A program made the translations under genes and the position numbers. From a virus (taxonomy: Duplodnaviria > Caudoviricetes): a stretch of DNA of 42,068 bases. Positions 6,974 through 15,274 of the stretch are shown in pieces. The first letter of the stretch is position 1. The number at the start of each line of letters is the position of its first letter. The notes beneath the pieces were generated by a model. That model was not told the origin of the DNA. It worked only from the letters and a program-made list of their open reading frames with translations, and made no database searches. Location of the stretch: the IMG/VR virus record IMGVR_UViG_3300024286_000002, positions 1 to 42,068 of that record; one strand, 5' to 3'.

Positions 6974-8151
6974 TAGTAAATCCCCGACTGGCGATCATAG
7001 GAGTAAGCCTCTTCCATTGAAACTTCCGGCCTATTGTTTGCCACTAGCCATTTATTGAGATATTCCAGAGCTATTTGATTTGCTTTTTTCTGCTGTTCTT
7101 CGGTGAGCAAAGAAAATCCCCCTCGATATTGAGCTGGAATCTGCATTGCGTAACATGCAGCGGCTTGCCCAAGCCATGCAATACGGTTCATGGCCACATT
7201 CGTTAGGTAGTGTTCACAGGAATTCTTCCACTCCGTTATTACACCTCTCAAAGCTTCCGCGAATCGTTCTGGATCTGCCAAAAATTCCTGATAAGCCGAT
7301 TCACATTGCTCGGCGGTCATTCCCTCTTTCGTAGTAGCGTAGAATCCGGCCTTGTGGCATTCCCACTTCTCGTAAGTGTGGAAAATCCTTCCCTCATCGT
7401 TGGTATTGGCAACGCGAAAGTCCTCAACTATTTCCCCATAATCGTCCACATTGTCTGAAAGCTCGGTGAATTCTTCCTCCCTAACTACTCCCTCTACATC
7501 CCAAGCTTGAGAAAACTCCTTGTCATGGAACAATTCAGCTAGTCCAGTGATCTGGCATAGCCTTAGAATTTCATCCTGTTCCATTCCTAAATTCTTGCTG
7601 ATACGTTCGTCCGTCCAATTCCTACGCTTTAACTCCAGCACAATATCTGACATAGCTTCGACGCGATGCTTTCCACGCGCCCGATTGTGCCTGATTGTTG
7701 CCGCGATTCTGTCTCCCTTTTCCTCGCGATCAGAATTGATTACTGCCAGAGGCAAGTAGCCTTTGATTCGCTCGCGGACTGACTTGCACTCTTTGCCTAC
7801 TCGATTCCGGTGGAATCCGTCTACTACCTCAAACATATCCATCTTTCGCCATGCGACAATCGGCTGCGTATATCCATCTTCGCTGATAGAATGCTCCAAA
7901 AGTCTCATCTCAGGAGGAGCTACGGAATTAGAATTGTAGTCATTGGCTTCCACTTCATCGGCATTGATCCATTGCACAAAATCCACAGGCTCGCCGGCGA
8001 AAGGACTGTATTTATGAATTTCCTGCCGAATATCGTTAATCAGCGGTACTAGCTCCTCCAGTGGAAGTCCTTCCAACCGCTGAATCACTAGCTTGGCATC
8101 CGCTAGAATCGAGTCCGATTCCGTTACTAACCTCAGTCTGGCTTGCTTCAT
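6973..8151 (-). CDS. ibrB: ParB/Srx domain protein (IbrB/YbdM-like) with fused C-terminal domain
   Basis: ANDYN.N.VAPPE, DGYTQPIV, VVDGFHR, ATIRHNRARGKH; about 170 extra C-terminal residues. Confidence 0.88.
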   Translation of the reverse strand: MKQARLRLVTESDSILADAKLVIQRLEGLPLEELVPLINDIRQEIHKYSPFAGEPVDFVQWINADEVEANDYNSNSVAPPEMRLLEHSISEDGYTQPIVAWRKMDMFEVVDGFHRNRVGKECKSVRERIKGYLPLAVINSDREEKGDRIAATIRHNRARGKHRVEAMSDIVLELKRRNWTDERISKNLGMEQDEILRLCQITGLAELFHDKEFSQAWDVEGVVREEEFTELSDNVDDYGEIVEDFRVANTNDEGRIFHTYEKWECHKAGFYATTKEGMTAEQCESAYQEFLADPERFAEALRGVITEWKNSCEHYLTNVAMNRIAWLGQAAACYAMQIPAQYRGGFSLLTEEQQKKANQIALEYLNKWLVANNRPEVSMEEAYSYDRQSGIY

Positions 8152-8287
8152 TGTGTGCCTTTATCCATGCGATTAGATTTTTCTCCAACCCGCTCAAAAA
8201 CCCGTAATCTGTAAACTGAAAATTGAAAGCATCTCGCCAGCGTTTCAACTCCCACCAATCGTCTACATTCTCAAGCTCTCTAGGCAC
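8036..8287 (-). CDS. Hypothetical protein
   Basis: GAAGGG RBS with GTG; 3' end overlaps the ParB gene. Confidence 0.5.
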   Translation of the reverse strand: MPRELENVDDWWELKRWRDAFNFQFTDYGFLSGLEKNLIAWIKAHNEASQTEVSNGIGLDSSGCQASDSAVGRTSTGGASTAD

Positions 8288-8289
8288 AC

Positions 8290-8630
8290 GGATTCCCTTC
8301 TCAAATCTTCCAGTCCACTACCTGCTTATACCTAACGCTTTTCCAGAACTTGAGAAAAGGACCAGGACGTATCCGTGATTGCGAGATCGACTACTCGCCC
8401 GTTGCCTGGAGAACTCCGCTGAGCGGAGAGCATTAGTTTCGCTGTAATGTCCTGTGCTGCAACCTCGCACGCTGGCGCATAAGTCGCGTTCGATTTGGAG
8501 GCCGAAAGTTGGCAGAAAATAGAAATAGTCAAGGAAGTTTGCCGACAACCCTTCTCGAAACTGTGCTAGAGCGGTGATGGCGGTCGTCGGCAAGACAATC
8601 TTACCAGCAGCCGCCCTAACACAAATTCGT
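8290..8630 (-). ncRNA. Candidate ~340-nt structured RNA or leader
   Basis: Own promoter, 13-bp closing stem, 12-nt long-range complement, several further hairpins, no convincing ORF. Confidence 0.55.
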
Positions 8631-8636
8631 ATATCC

Positions 8637-8666
8637 ATCCTAGAAAATCCTCTCGCTACCTGTCAA
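8637..8666 (-). promoter_or_regulatory. Sigma70-type promoter
   Basis: TTGACA-N18-TAGGAT. Confidence 0.7.
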
Positions 8667-8675
8667 GTAAAAAGA

Positions 8676-8957
8676 TTAGTCCTCGCCGGTCACTGCGCGT
8701 TGTACGCTCACATGGTTGCTGGGGCGCTCGGGTTGCTCGACGCGGGGCCATATAGTCGCAATCCTTTCCCGGTAGGGCGTTCCATCATAATGCTTTAGCA
8801 GCATCTCGCGGAGCCTATCAATTACGCGCTCTTTCTCGCGGCACTGAATGCACTTCTCATTGTCCGGCGTAGGTCGTTCGCAAATGCGCGAAATATTATA
8901 TAGATCCTCGACATACTGGAATAATTCAAGCCCTAAGTTGTAGCGTTGCTCGCTCAC
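8676..8957 (-). CDS. Hypothetical protein with Cys cluster
   Basis: AAGGA RBS with GTG; C..., CIQC. Confidence 0.6.
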   Translation of the reverse strand: MSEQRYNLGLELFQYVEDLYNISRICERPTPDNEKCIQCREKERVIDRLREMLLKHYDGTPYRERIATIWPRVEQPERPSNHVSVQRAVTGED

Positions 8958-8997
8958 TTGCTTTTCCTTTCAGCCCTGCGCCGTCGCGGGAAATCAC

Positions 8998-9312
8998 TCA
9001 CACCTTGATTGATTCTGGTGGCTTTATTTCCCCATCATAAACCGTTCTGCCGCGCTCAAGATATTTCACCACTGCTGCGAGGCCACCAGATTTGCTAAGT
9101 TCCATGATTTTCTTGTGGTCAGGCTCGTAGGCAATCAGCAATTCGATTCCCGCTGCGTTCTCCTGCGGAACGAAATAGTCGTCTGTTTTCAGGTCTATCG
9201 GGTCTGCATCTTGCAAGCGCACCAAGTTCTCGCGCTCCAGGACAAGAATCAAAATGCGCCTGCGTCCGAGTTGCAACGGTAGAGCAATCATATTTTGCTC
9301 GCTTTGTTCCAC
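8998..9312 (-). CDS. Hypothetical protein
   Basis: Coupled ORF in the left arm. Confidence 0.7.
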   Translation of the reverse strand: MEQSEQNMIALPLQLGRRRILILVLERENLVRLQDADPIDLKTDDYFVPQENAAGIELLIAYEPDHKKIMELSKSGGLAAVVKYLERGRTVYDGEIKPPESIKV

Positions 9313-9683
9313 GGCAACATCGCTGCTGCATCTTTCGGTGAAGGGAAAGTGCCAGTGAAGCGAATGGCGCGGTCGTCAATCGTGACAATGGCTGGTGGCT
9401 TCCAGCGAACGAATCGCACCATTTCCAAGCCTACGTCCATTGTGTCATACCACATCATTCCCGAAACCTGCCGGAGCCACTGGCGCATTGCTCGGATGCC
9501 GCCCCAATATCGCGCTCGGCTGGAGTGGATCACCACGTCGTAGCCCAAGCGCAAAGCATCGGCCATGAACTCAATCGCACCTTCCACAGGCGGGTCTGGG
9601 ATATTCGTTGCCCCTTGCCAGCCACTCGTGTAACTGTGAATCACTCCATCGAAATCCAAGCAAATTATCGGCTTCCCCTTCAT
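9288..9683 (-). CDS. HAD-superfamily hydrolase (polynucleotide phosphatase/nucleotidase-like)
   Basis: ICLDFDGVIHSY, IHSSR, KPPA...IDDRA. Confidence 0.85.
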   Translation of the reverse strand: MKGKPIICLDFDGVIHSYTSGWQGATNIPDPPVEGAIEFMADALRLGYDVVIHSSRARYWGGIRAMRQWLRQVSGMMWYDTMDVGLEMVRFVRWKPPAIVTIDDRAIRFTGTFPSPKDAAAMLPWNKASKI

Positions 9684-9802
9684 TGCCCTTCCCTCTCCTT
9701 AGCTCCGTGGTTCTGGCTAGTCACAAGGGCGCTCAAGGCGATAACGCTTCCCATGCTGTCGCATATACTCGCCTCAAAGCGTGTCATCGAGCGCCCATGT
9801 CA

Positions 9803-10219
9803 CTAGCCCCGTCCCTCTTTCTCCGCTTCTCCCTGCGGTGGCTCGGTGTTAGCGAGAGAACGAATGGCATCTGATACCTCTATGGCTAGATTAGTTTGAC
9901 CTTTCTTCATTAGCAATGCTCCAGCCATCTGCGCCGCCTTCTCAGCCATTGCCTGCTGGCTGCGCTGGAAACCAATGTTGTGGCCGATTTCAAATGCTTC
10001 GTTATCTCCGCTCTCCGGTTGCGCTTTCCCCTGTGGCTGGTTCGCTTGGCGGGTGGCAAGCAACGCTGGCAAGATGTGCTTAACAATCTCGCTCCCAGGC
10101 GCCAGTCCCAGTGCTTCCCCACATTCCTGCAACTTCAAATCGTTCATCACCTTCATGGCAGATTCTTTCCATGCTCGCAAGTCTCGTAACTCGCGTGCTT
10201 CCTGCTTTCCCTCGCTCAT
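9803..10219 (-). CDS. Hypothetical protein
   Basis: GGAG RBS; ATGA coupling. Confidence 0.7.
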   Translation of the reverse strand: MSEGKQEARELRDLRAWKESAMKVMNDLKLQECGEALGLAPGSEIVKHILPALLATRQANQPQGKAQPESGDNEAFEIGHNIGFQRSQQAMAEKAAQMAGALLMKKGQTNLAIEVSDAIRSLANTEPPQGEAEKEGRG

Positions 10220-10455
10220 CGCTGTTCTCCCTTGGCTTGGCGCTCGGCCAGACCACGCAAAATGTCACTCCACTCTTCATCCTCAAACTCCAGTGCTTCT
10301 TTTAAGTTCCGCAACTGGCACCCGGCGCAATGGGAATACAAGTTCAGACCTTTGTGCTTTCGGCATCGCTTACAGCGCGAATGAGTAAGACCGTAGGCAA
10401 TGACTCGCAGACGCATCTTTGCAGCGGGCCATCGTAACCACATTCTAAAGGTCAT
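10216..10455 (-). CDS. Small Zn-binding protein
   Basis: CKRC...CAGC. Confidence 0.65.
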   Translation of the reverse strand: MTFRMWLRWPAAKMRLRVIAYGLTHSRCKRCRKHKGLNLYSHCAGCQLRNLKEALEFEDEEWSDILRGLAERQAKGEQR

Positions 10456-10628
10456 CCCTTCCCCTTTCGCTGGCGCTGGCCGGATTCGCGCACTTTAAGC
10501 TCGGCTCCGCAATGTGGGCAGGATAGCCAACCGAAATAGCGATTCAGTCTCGCCAGACAGTTCTGACAGAAGTCCAATCCAGACACGCGAAACTTCGGCC
10601 CCGCTTTGGCTTTCTCGCTCCGCTTCAT
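10452..10628 (-). CDS. Zinc-ribbon protein (58 aa, not in ORF track)
   Basis: FCQNC...CPHCG; GGAG RBS; stop overlaps next ATG. Confidence 0.7.
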   Translation of the reverse strand: MKRSEKAKAGPKFRVSGLDFCQNCLARLNRYFGWLSCPHCGAELKVRESGQRQRKGKG

Positions 10629-10695
10629 CGGGTGCTCCGTTCATGGGCCAACTGGCAGAAAATGTAGAATTTGTACAATTCGTTCATTTTAGCTC

Positions 10696-10995
10696 TCATC
10701 GTCCGCTCTCTTTCTCTGGCTGGCCCTGCGCTGCTGCAAGGGCGGCGTCCCAAGCTACGATAACTCTGTCCGGCATTTCTTCATCGGGACAAGGGTCATA
10801 GAATTCCCGCATCGCCTGACCAGCCAGTAGAAGCGGGAGCAAGCGGCGCTCCAGTTGAGCCGCCAGAGAAATATGTTCGCACCGCTTCAGCGCTGGACCT
10901 TCGGTGGCACAGTTGCAATACACAATTTGCTGCGCCACCCGCTCCAGCACCGCTCGCATCTTCTCGTCTGCGCCGCTTATGGCTGTTTCCTCCAC
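10696..10995 (-). CDS. Hypothetical protein
   Basis: CNC...CEH (SWIM-like metal motif). Confidence 0.65.
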   Translation of the reverse strand: MEETAISGADEKMRAVLERVAQQIVYCNCATEGPALKRCEHISLAAQLERRLLPLLLAGQAMREFYDPCPDEEMPDRVIVAWDAALAAAQGQPEKESGR

Positions 10996-11132
10996 TTCAG
11001 ATACTGCTTCACCACCAGCTTGTACACATCCTCATAGGCTGTGCGGCCCTTGTTCTTGCCGCTCAAGGCTTCATTCGCGCAATCGACGGCATGGAGCCAC
11101 AACTCGCGCTTCTCTTGCTTGGTGAGCTTCAT
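10977..11132 (-). CDS. Hypothetical protein (51 aa)
   Basis: AAGGA RBS; ATGA coupling; MKLTKQEKRELW... Confidence 0.65.
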   Translation of the reverse strand: MKLTKQEKRELWLHAVDCANEALSGKNKGRTAYEDVYKLVVKQYLKWRKQP

Positions 11133-11764
11133 AGCTTCCTTTTGGGCAAGCGCAGCACCAAGAAGTACAGCAATCCACAGCAAATCAACACAATAGTCAT
11201 AGGCTCCGGCGTAGGGTCAGGCGGGTCGGTAATGCTGACGAAGCCGAGCGTGCCATTATTGAAGCCCAGATAGCCGGCTGAACAGGTGAAGCACTCGAAA
11301 TTGACGAGCCTAGCAGGATAAATGCCCAAGTCAGGGAAGTTGTAGCCAGGATAAGCGGTGCGGAAGTAATCGGATTCGCCTATTTGCAAATGATCGCCGG
11401 TTTTATCGTAGAAATTGAACAAGTCTGGCCCAGAACGGCTAGCATCAAACCGCAAATTGCCATCAAATCCGCTGGCGAAGCTAAATACAGCTCCATGCAG
11501 CTCTTTCATCTTTGTTAGATCAAAGGGAATCGAGAAGTTGAGCGTATCGCTGCCAAGGACAATACCAGTACCTGTGATGGTGAGGAGCGTATCGGCCCTA
11601 GATTGAGAAGAGGCGCCAAGCAAACCAGCAACCACGACCAGCTTCAGAATGCCCTTCCAGCGCTTCAGGAGCCACGCAGACGCACGATACAGCCCTTCCG
11701 CGATAAAGAGCACTGCCAGCAGCGCATAGGCCGCTAAACCGCAGATAATTAGATTTTCGCTCAT
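11129..11764 (-). CDS. PEP-CTERM sorting-domain surface protein
   Basis: C-terminus TPEPMT + TM + RLPKRKL; signal-like KRWKGILKLVVVAGLLGASSQSRA|DTL. Confidence 0.85.
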   Translation of the reverse strand: MSENLIICGLAAYALLAVLFIAEGLYRASAWLLKRWKGILKLVVVAGLLGASSQSRADTLLTITGTGIVLGSDTLNFSIPFDLTKMKELHGAVFSFASGFDGNLRFDASRSGPDLFNFYDKTGDHLQIGESDYFRTAYPGYNFPDLGIYPARLVNFECFTCSAGYLGFNNGTLGFVSITDPPDPTPEPMTIVLICCGLLYFLVLRLPKRKL

Positions 11765-11901
11765 ACCACACCATCCTCTCCGTCATCATCATCGGCATCC
11801 ATGCATGTACATGGCGATTCGCCGCAAATCTCGCAGGATTCTTCATCTACCGCGCTGTGGTAGCGATAGGCCATATCTTCGCGTGCTTCTTCGTAGCTCA
11901 T
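11761..11901 (-). CDS. Small acidic Cys-rich protein (46 aa, not in ORF track)
   Basis: MSYEEAREDMAYRYHSAVDEESCEICGESPCTCMDADDDDGEDGVV; GAGGGG RBS; coupled at both ends. Confidence 0.7.
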   Translation of the reverse strand: MSYEEAREDMAYRYHSAVDEESCEICGESPCTCMDADDDDGEDGVV

Positions 11902-12104
11902 AGCCCCCTCATCCCTGGCAGATCATCAATCGCCGCCGAAATCACGTTCCACTTGGCATGCCGGAGCGTTTTCAGCGTTTGCGCCCAGACTTCCTCATCG
12001 CCTACAAAGTCATGCGAAAACAGCACATGGTCATAGGCATGGAGCAAAATAACCTGCGCTTCGGCTATGTTGTCGGCCCATTTCACGCCAGAAGTTAGGT
12101 TCAT
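11898..12104 (-). CDS. Hypothetical early protein
   Basis: GGAG RBS. Confidence 0.7.
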   Translation of the reverse strand: MNLTSGVKWADNIAEAQVILLHAYDHVLFSHDFVGDEEVWAQTLKTLRHAKWNVISAAIDDLPGMRGL

Positions 12105-12106
12105 GT

Positions 12107-12328
12107 CTAATACTCCACCGGATAGAAACGATCATAGCCTTCGCCGTCTTCTTCAGGTTGATTCTTCAAGCACACAATTGCTTGACAGACGGGCAGGGTA
12201 TCAAGCTTGCGCCGAATTAGCTCATCGGCTACTTGGTGGACCGTGCCGCCCTGCCAGCCGAATAAGTGCATCAATTCAAGAGTGGCTTTTTCGGCTACGA
12301 TTTCGCTTACTAGGTCTTCGCGTTTCAT
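12107..12328 (-). CDS. Hypothetical early protein (first gene of left arm)
   Basis: GGAGG RBS before ATG 12328; contains FGWQGGTVHQV. Confidence 0.75.
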   Translation of the reverse strand: MKREDLVSEIVAEKATLELMHLFGWQGGTVHQVADELIRRKLDTLPVCQAIVCLKNQPEEDGEGYDRFYPVEY

Positions 12329-12347
12329 AGTGCCCTCCAATGCAGCA

Positions 12348-12443
12348 ACAATACGCGAAAACAAGAAATCTTGTCAATAGGAATTATTTACACTGTGCAA
12401 AATAAACTTTAGGCTTGACAAGTATTCTTGACTTTGCTAGTTT
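12348..12443. promoter_or_regulatory. Divergent promoter pair with CAAG-N4-CTTG operators
   Basis: Left: TTGACA(12377-12372)-N18-TATTGT. Right: TTGACA(12415-12420)-N17-TAGTTT with extended TGn. Confidence 0.8.
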
Positions 12444-12449
12444 TCAGAT

Positions 12450-12617
12450 ATGGCGAGTTATCAAACGGAGTACAAGCGCAAGCAGCGAGAAAGGCTCATC
12501 AGGCAGCGAATCTGCCCAGCTTGCAGCGTAAATAAAGCCAAAAGAGGCTATGTTTCTTGCGTTGAATGCATTAACAAGCGTTTGGAGCGGTATCGGCTGG
12601 CGAAGGGTGGCGAGTGA
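12450..12617 (+). CDS. Basic zinc-finger protein (55 aa, not in ORF track), probable regulator
   Basis: MASYQTEYKRKQRERLIRQRICPAC...CVECINKR; stop overlaps next ATG. Confidence 0.8.
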   Translation: MASYQTEYKRKQRERLIRQRICPACSVNKAKRGYVSCVECINKRLERYRLAKGGE

Positions 12618-13066
12618 TGTTCAAGAGAGCAGATCGCGAGTCACTAGAAGCCATATTGCGAGATGTTCAACGCGGATTTGGCGATCATAAGGGCTTGCGC
12701 GACGAAATCACAGTTATTTACAAGCGCACAGCGACACTAATTGAAGGACAGAACGCCACGAATTTAGGCTATTTGCAGAATTTGGGACAGCTCCAGCGGC
12801 TCGAAACTGGCCAGAACGTCCTAAAGGCAGACCTAGATGCTCTGGACAAGCGGCTCAGCGTCATAGAAACAAAGCTCTGCGAAGTCATGGAAGGCAATGC
12901 AGCGAGAGCGGAATGGATGGCGCAGCTTGGCGATAGCCTGAAAGCTATTGAATTAAAAGTAGCGATGTTGGTACGTGGCGAAGCTCCTGATAAGGCTTAC
13001 GGTTACTATTATTTAGGTCCCAATAAGCCGAACGGCAAAGCAACAACAGGGAAGCGTAGCCGATGA
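12614..13066 (+). CDS. Coiled-coil protein
   Basis: Heptad-rich sequence. Confidence 0.75.
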   Translation: MMFKRADRESLEAILRDVQRGFGDHKGLRDEITVIYKRTATLIEGQNATNLGYLQNLGQLQRLETGQNVLKADLDALDKRLSVIETKLCEVMEGNAARAEWMAQLGDSLKAIELKVAMLVRGEAPDKAYGYYYLGPNKPNGKATTGKRSR

Positions 13067-13188
13067 GCGATTGGGATAAATTATTCAACGATATTGCGTA
13101 TTTCATAGCGCTTTGTGCTTTATTGCTAGGCGTAGCAGCGCATTGGCGCATCACAGACATTAAGCGCAAGCTAACACGGAGGTACTAG
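13063..13188 (+). CDS. Small single-TM protein (41 aa)
   Basis: MSDWDKLFNDIAYFIALCALLLGVAAHWRITDIKRKLTRRY. Confidence 0.6.
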   Translation: MSDWDKLFNDIAYFIALCALLLGVAAHWRITDIKRKLTRRY

Positions 13189-13268
13189 GCAATGAGAACC
13201 TGGCTCAGAAACTACCGCATCATCGCTCGGCTTAGGTGGTACCGCATATTCGACGCACTGGAAAGCTA

Positions 13269-13451
13269 ATGGACAAACCACGCAGATATGATCCTCAGAC
13301 TATGTACTTGAAGGATTTGAGCTGCGAAGAACTAGCTTTTAACCTTCGCGATGTATGGGTAAGTCAATCAAGTCGGGAGCTTTTGCAGCGCGAATCAATG
13401 GCTAGGCTGATGGATTGGCTTGCGAAAGAGCAACAAAAGAGCTTAGGATAG
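13269..13451 (+). CDS. Hypothetical protein
   Basis: ORF directly upstream of terS. Confidence 0.6.
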   Translation: MDKPRRYDPQTMYLKDLSCEELAFNLRDVWVSQSSRELLQRESMARLMDWLAKEQQKSLG

Positions 13452-13458
13452 CGCCAGC

Positions 13459-13833
13459 ATGGACCCAGTAAGCAAAGCACAAGCCAGCGAAACGTCTCAG
13501 AGCAAGCGTAAACTACGCGGTGGCCATGATCCTTCGATTGGCCGGCAATGGCCTAAGGGAGTCTCAGGTAATCCAGGTGGCCGGCGCAAGAAAGCTCATA
13601 TCACTAAGATATTCGAAGAAATCCTCGACAATAAGACTGACCGCGAGGAAATCAAAGATTCTATTGCACTTACGCTGAAATCAGGACGTATGGCCGGCGT
13701 GCTATTGCTTAGGGAAGCGGCGGAGCGCACAGAAGGCAAGGTGGTACAGAGCGTGGACCTAAGCGGTGAAATCAATCTAACTCTCGCTGAGACAATCGCT
13801 AAACGACGCAAGAAGGCTGATGCTGAATCCTGA
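13459..13833 (+). CDS. terS: Terminase small subunit (DUF5681-like)
   Basis: WPKGVSGNPGGR motif; ERTEGK; directly upstream of terL. Confidence 0.8.
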   Translation: MDPVSKAQASETSQSKRKLRGGHDPSIGRQWPKGVSGNPGGRRKKAHITKIFEEILDNKTDREEIKDSIALTLKSGRMAGVLLLREAAERTEGKVVQSVDLSGEINLTLAETIAKRRKKADAES

Positions 13834-15274
13834 GCTTGAACTAGCCGAAGATATAGCTGGTTTCACGCATAACCCGCTTAAATTTGTGAAGTACGCCTAT
13901 CCATGGCAGGAAGGCACACTAGAAGCTCATAACGGCCCTAAGAAGTGGCAGGCCGAAGTATTGCAGATCATTGGCTCTCACCTGAAAGATCCCGTAACTC
14001 GCTATCAACCGCTCAAAGTAGCCATCGCTTCCGGCCACGGCATCGGCAAATCAGCCTTCATGGGCTTTGCGATTACTTGGGCTTTATCTACCTGCGAGCA
14101 CTCTAAGGTACTAGCCACAGCCGGCACTGGCTCGCAGCTTGAGACTAAGACGGTCCCAGAAGTGAGCAAATGGTTCAAACTAGCTCTCAATGTCGGCTGG
14201 TTTGACATCATGGCCAAATCCATACGAGTCAAAGAGGCACCGGAACTGTGGCGAGCTGACTTCATTACTTGGAGTGCAGAGAATACCGAGGCTTTCCAGG
14301 GCTTGCATAACATGGGCAAGCGAATTCTATTGATTTTCGATGAAGCATCGGCTATTGACGATAAAGTATGGGAAGTAGCCGAAGGCGCTCTAACCGATGA
14401 AAACACGGAGATTATCTGGCTGGCGTTTGGAAATCCTACGAAGAATACGGGGCGATTTCGAGAGTGTTTTGGAAGATTTAAGCATCGCTGGAAAACGTAT
14501 CAGATTGATTCTAGGACAGTTGAAGGCACGAATAAGACGCAGATCGAGCAATGGATAGCAGATTATGGCGAGGATTCGGACTTCGTTAGAGTTCGCGTGC
14601 GGGGTGAATTCCCGCGTGCTGGTTCCGCTCAGTTTATCCCCTCGGACATTGTGGCAGCCTGTCGCAAATATAGCGCTGAGGGCTACGAAGCTTTACCCAA
14701 AATCTTGTCGGTGGATGTTGCACGTTTCGGAGACGATCAGACCGTAATCGGCTATAGGCAGGGGCGCAAATCGGCTATTCTAGGCAAGTACAGAGGCAGA
14801 GACACGGTATGGGTAGCGGAAGAAACGATTAGGCTGATGCAGCAGGAGAAACCAGATGCCACAGTCATTGATGGAGACGGGATTGGGGCGGGAGTTGTTG
14901 ACCACATTAAGCACCGTGGTTTCGGTGAAAGACTTTTTGAGTTTCATGGAGGCGCACCCGCAAATGATGGAGCAGCCTATTTTAACCGCCGTGCTGAAGT
15001 GTGGAGCGGGTTACGTGCTTGGCTCCAGGCTGGTGCAGAAATCCCCGATGATCCAGAGCTCGACGCAGACCTCACCGGCCTTGAGTATGGATTCGGTCCC
15101 AAAGGACAGCTCCAGCTAGAGAAAAAGGAAGATATGAAGAAACGCGGTCTATCTTCGCCCGACATAGGCGATATGCTGGCAATGACCTTCGCAATTAATG
15201 TCATGCCTAAGCCAAAAGAGGAGCCAGGCATACTGTACTACCCTGGAGAAAGGGCAAACTCATGGATGAGCTAG
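13820..15274 (+). CDS. terL: Terminase large subunit
   Basis: SGHGIGKS Walker A, LLIFDEAS Walker B, GNPT, VDVARFGDD, SPD.GD nuclease motifs. Confidence 0.96.
   Translation: MLNPELELAEDIAGFTHNPLKFVKYAYPWQEGTLEAHNGPKKWQAEVLQIIGSHLKDPVTRYQPLKVAIASGHGIGKSAFMGFAITWALSTCEHSKVLATAGTGSQLETKTVPEVSKWFKLALNVGWFDIMAKSIRVKEAPELWRADFITWSAENTEAFQGLHNMGKRILLIFDEASAIDDKVWEVAEGALTDENTEIIWLAFGNPTKNTGRFRECFGRFKHRWKTYQIDSRTVEGTNKTQIEQWIADYGEDSDFVRVRVRGEFPRAGSAQFIPSDIVAACRKYSAEGYEALPKILSVDVARFGDDQTVIGYRQGRKSAILGKYRGRDTVWVAEETIRLMQQEKPDATVIDGDGIGAGVVDHIKHRGFGERLFEFHGGAPANDGAAYFNRRAEVWSGLRAWLQAGAEIPDDPELDADLTGLEYGFGPKGQLQLEKKEDMKKRGLSSPDIGDMLAMTFAINVMPKPKEEPGILYYPGERANSWMS

Noticed and set aside
6973-8151. ParB as a plasmid-prophage partition system
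   Set aside because: Motifs are IbrB-type and coupled to a PAPS-reductase gene; no ParA or parS array seen
8318-8638. 106-aa ORF, plus nested 66-aa ORF
   Set aside because: Its ATG lies inside the -10 box, it has no RBS or recognisable motifs, and the region is better explained as structured RNA
13820-15274. Intein or intron in terminase
   Set aside because: Normal length, contiguous motifs, no splice signatures
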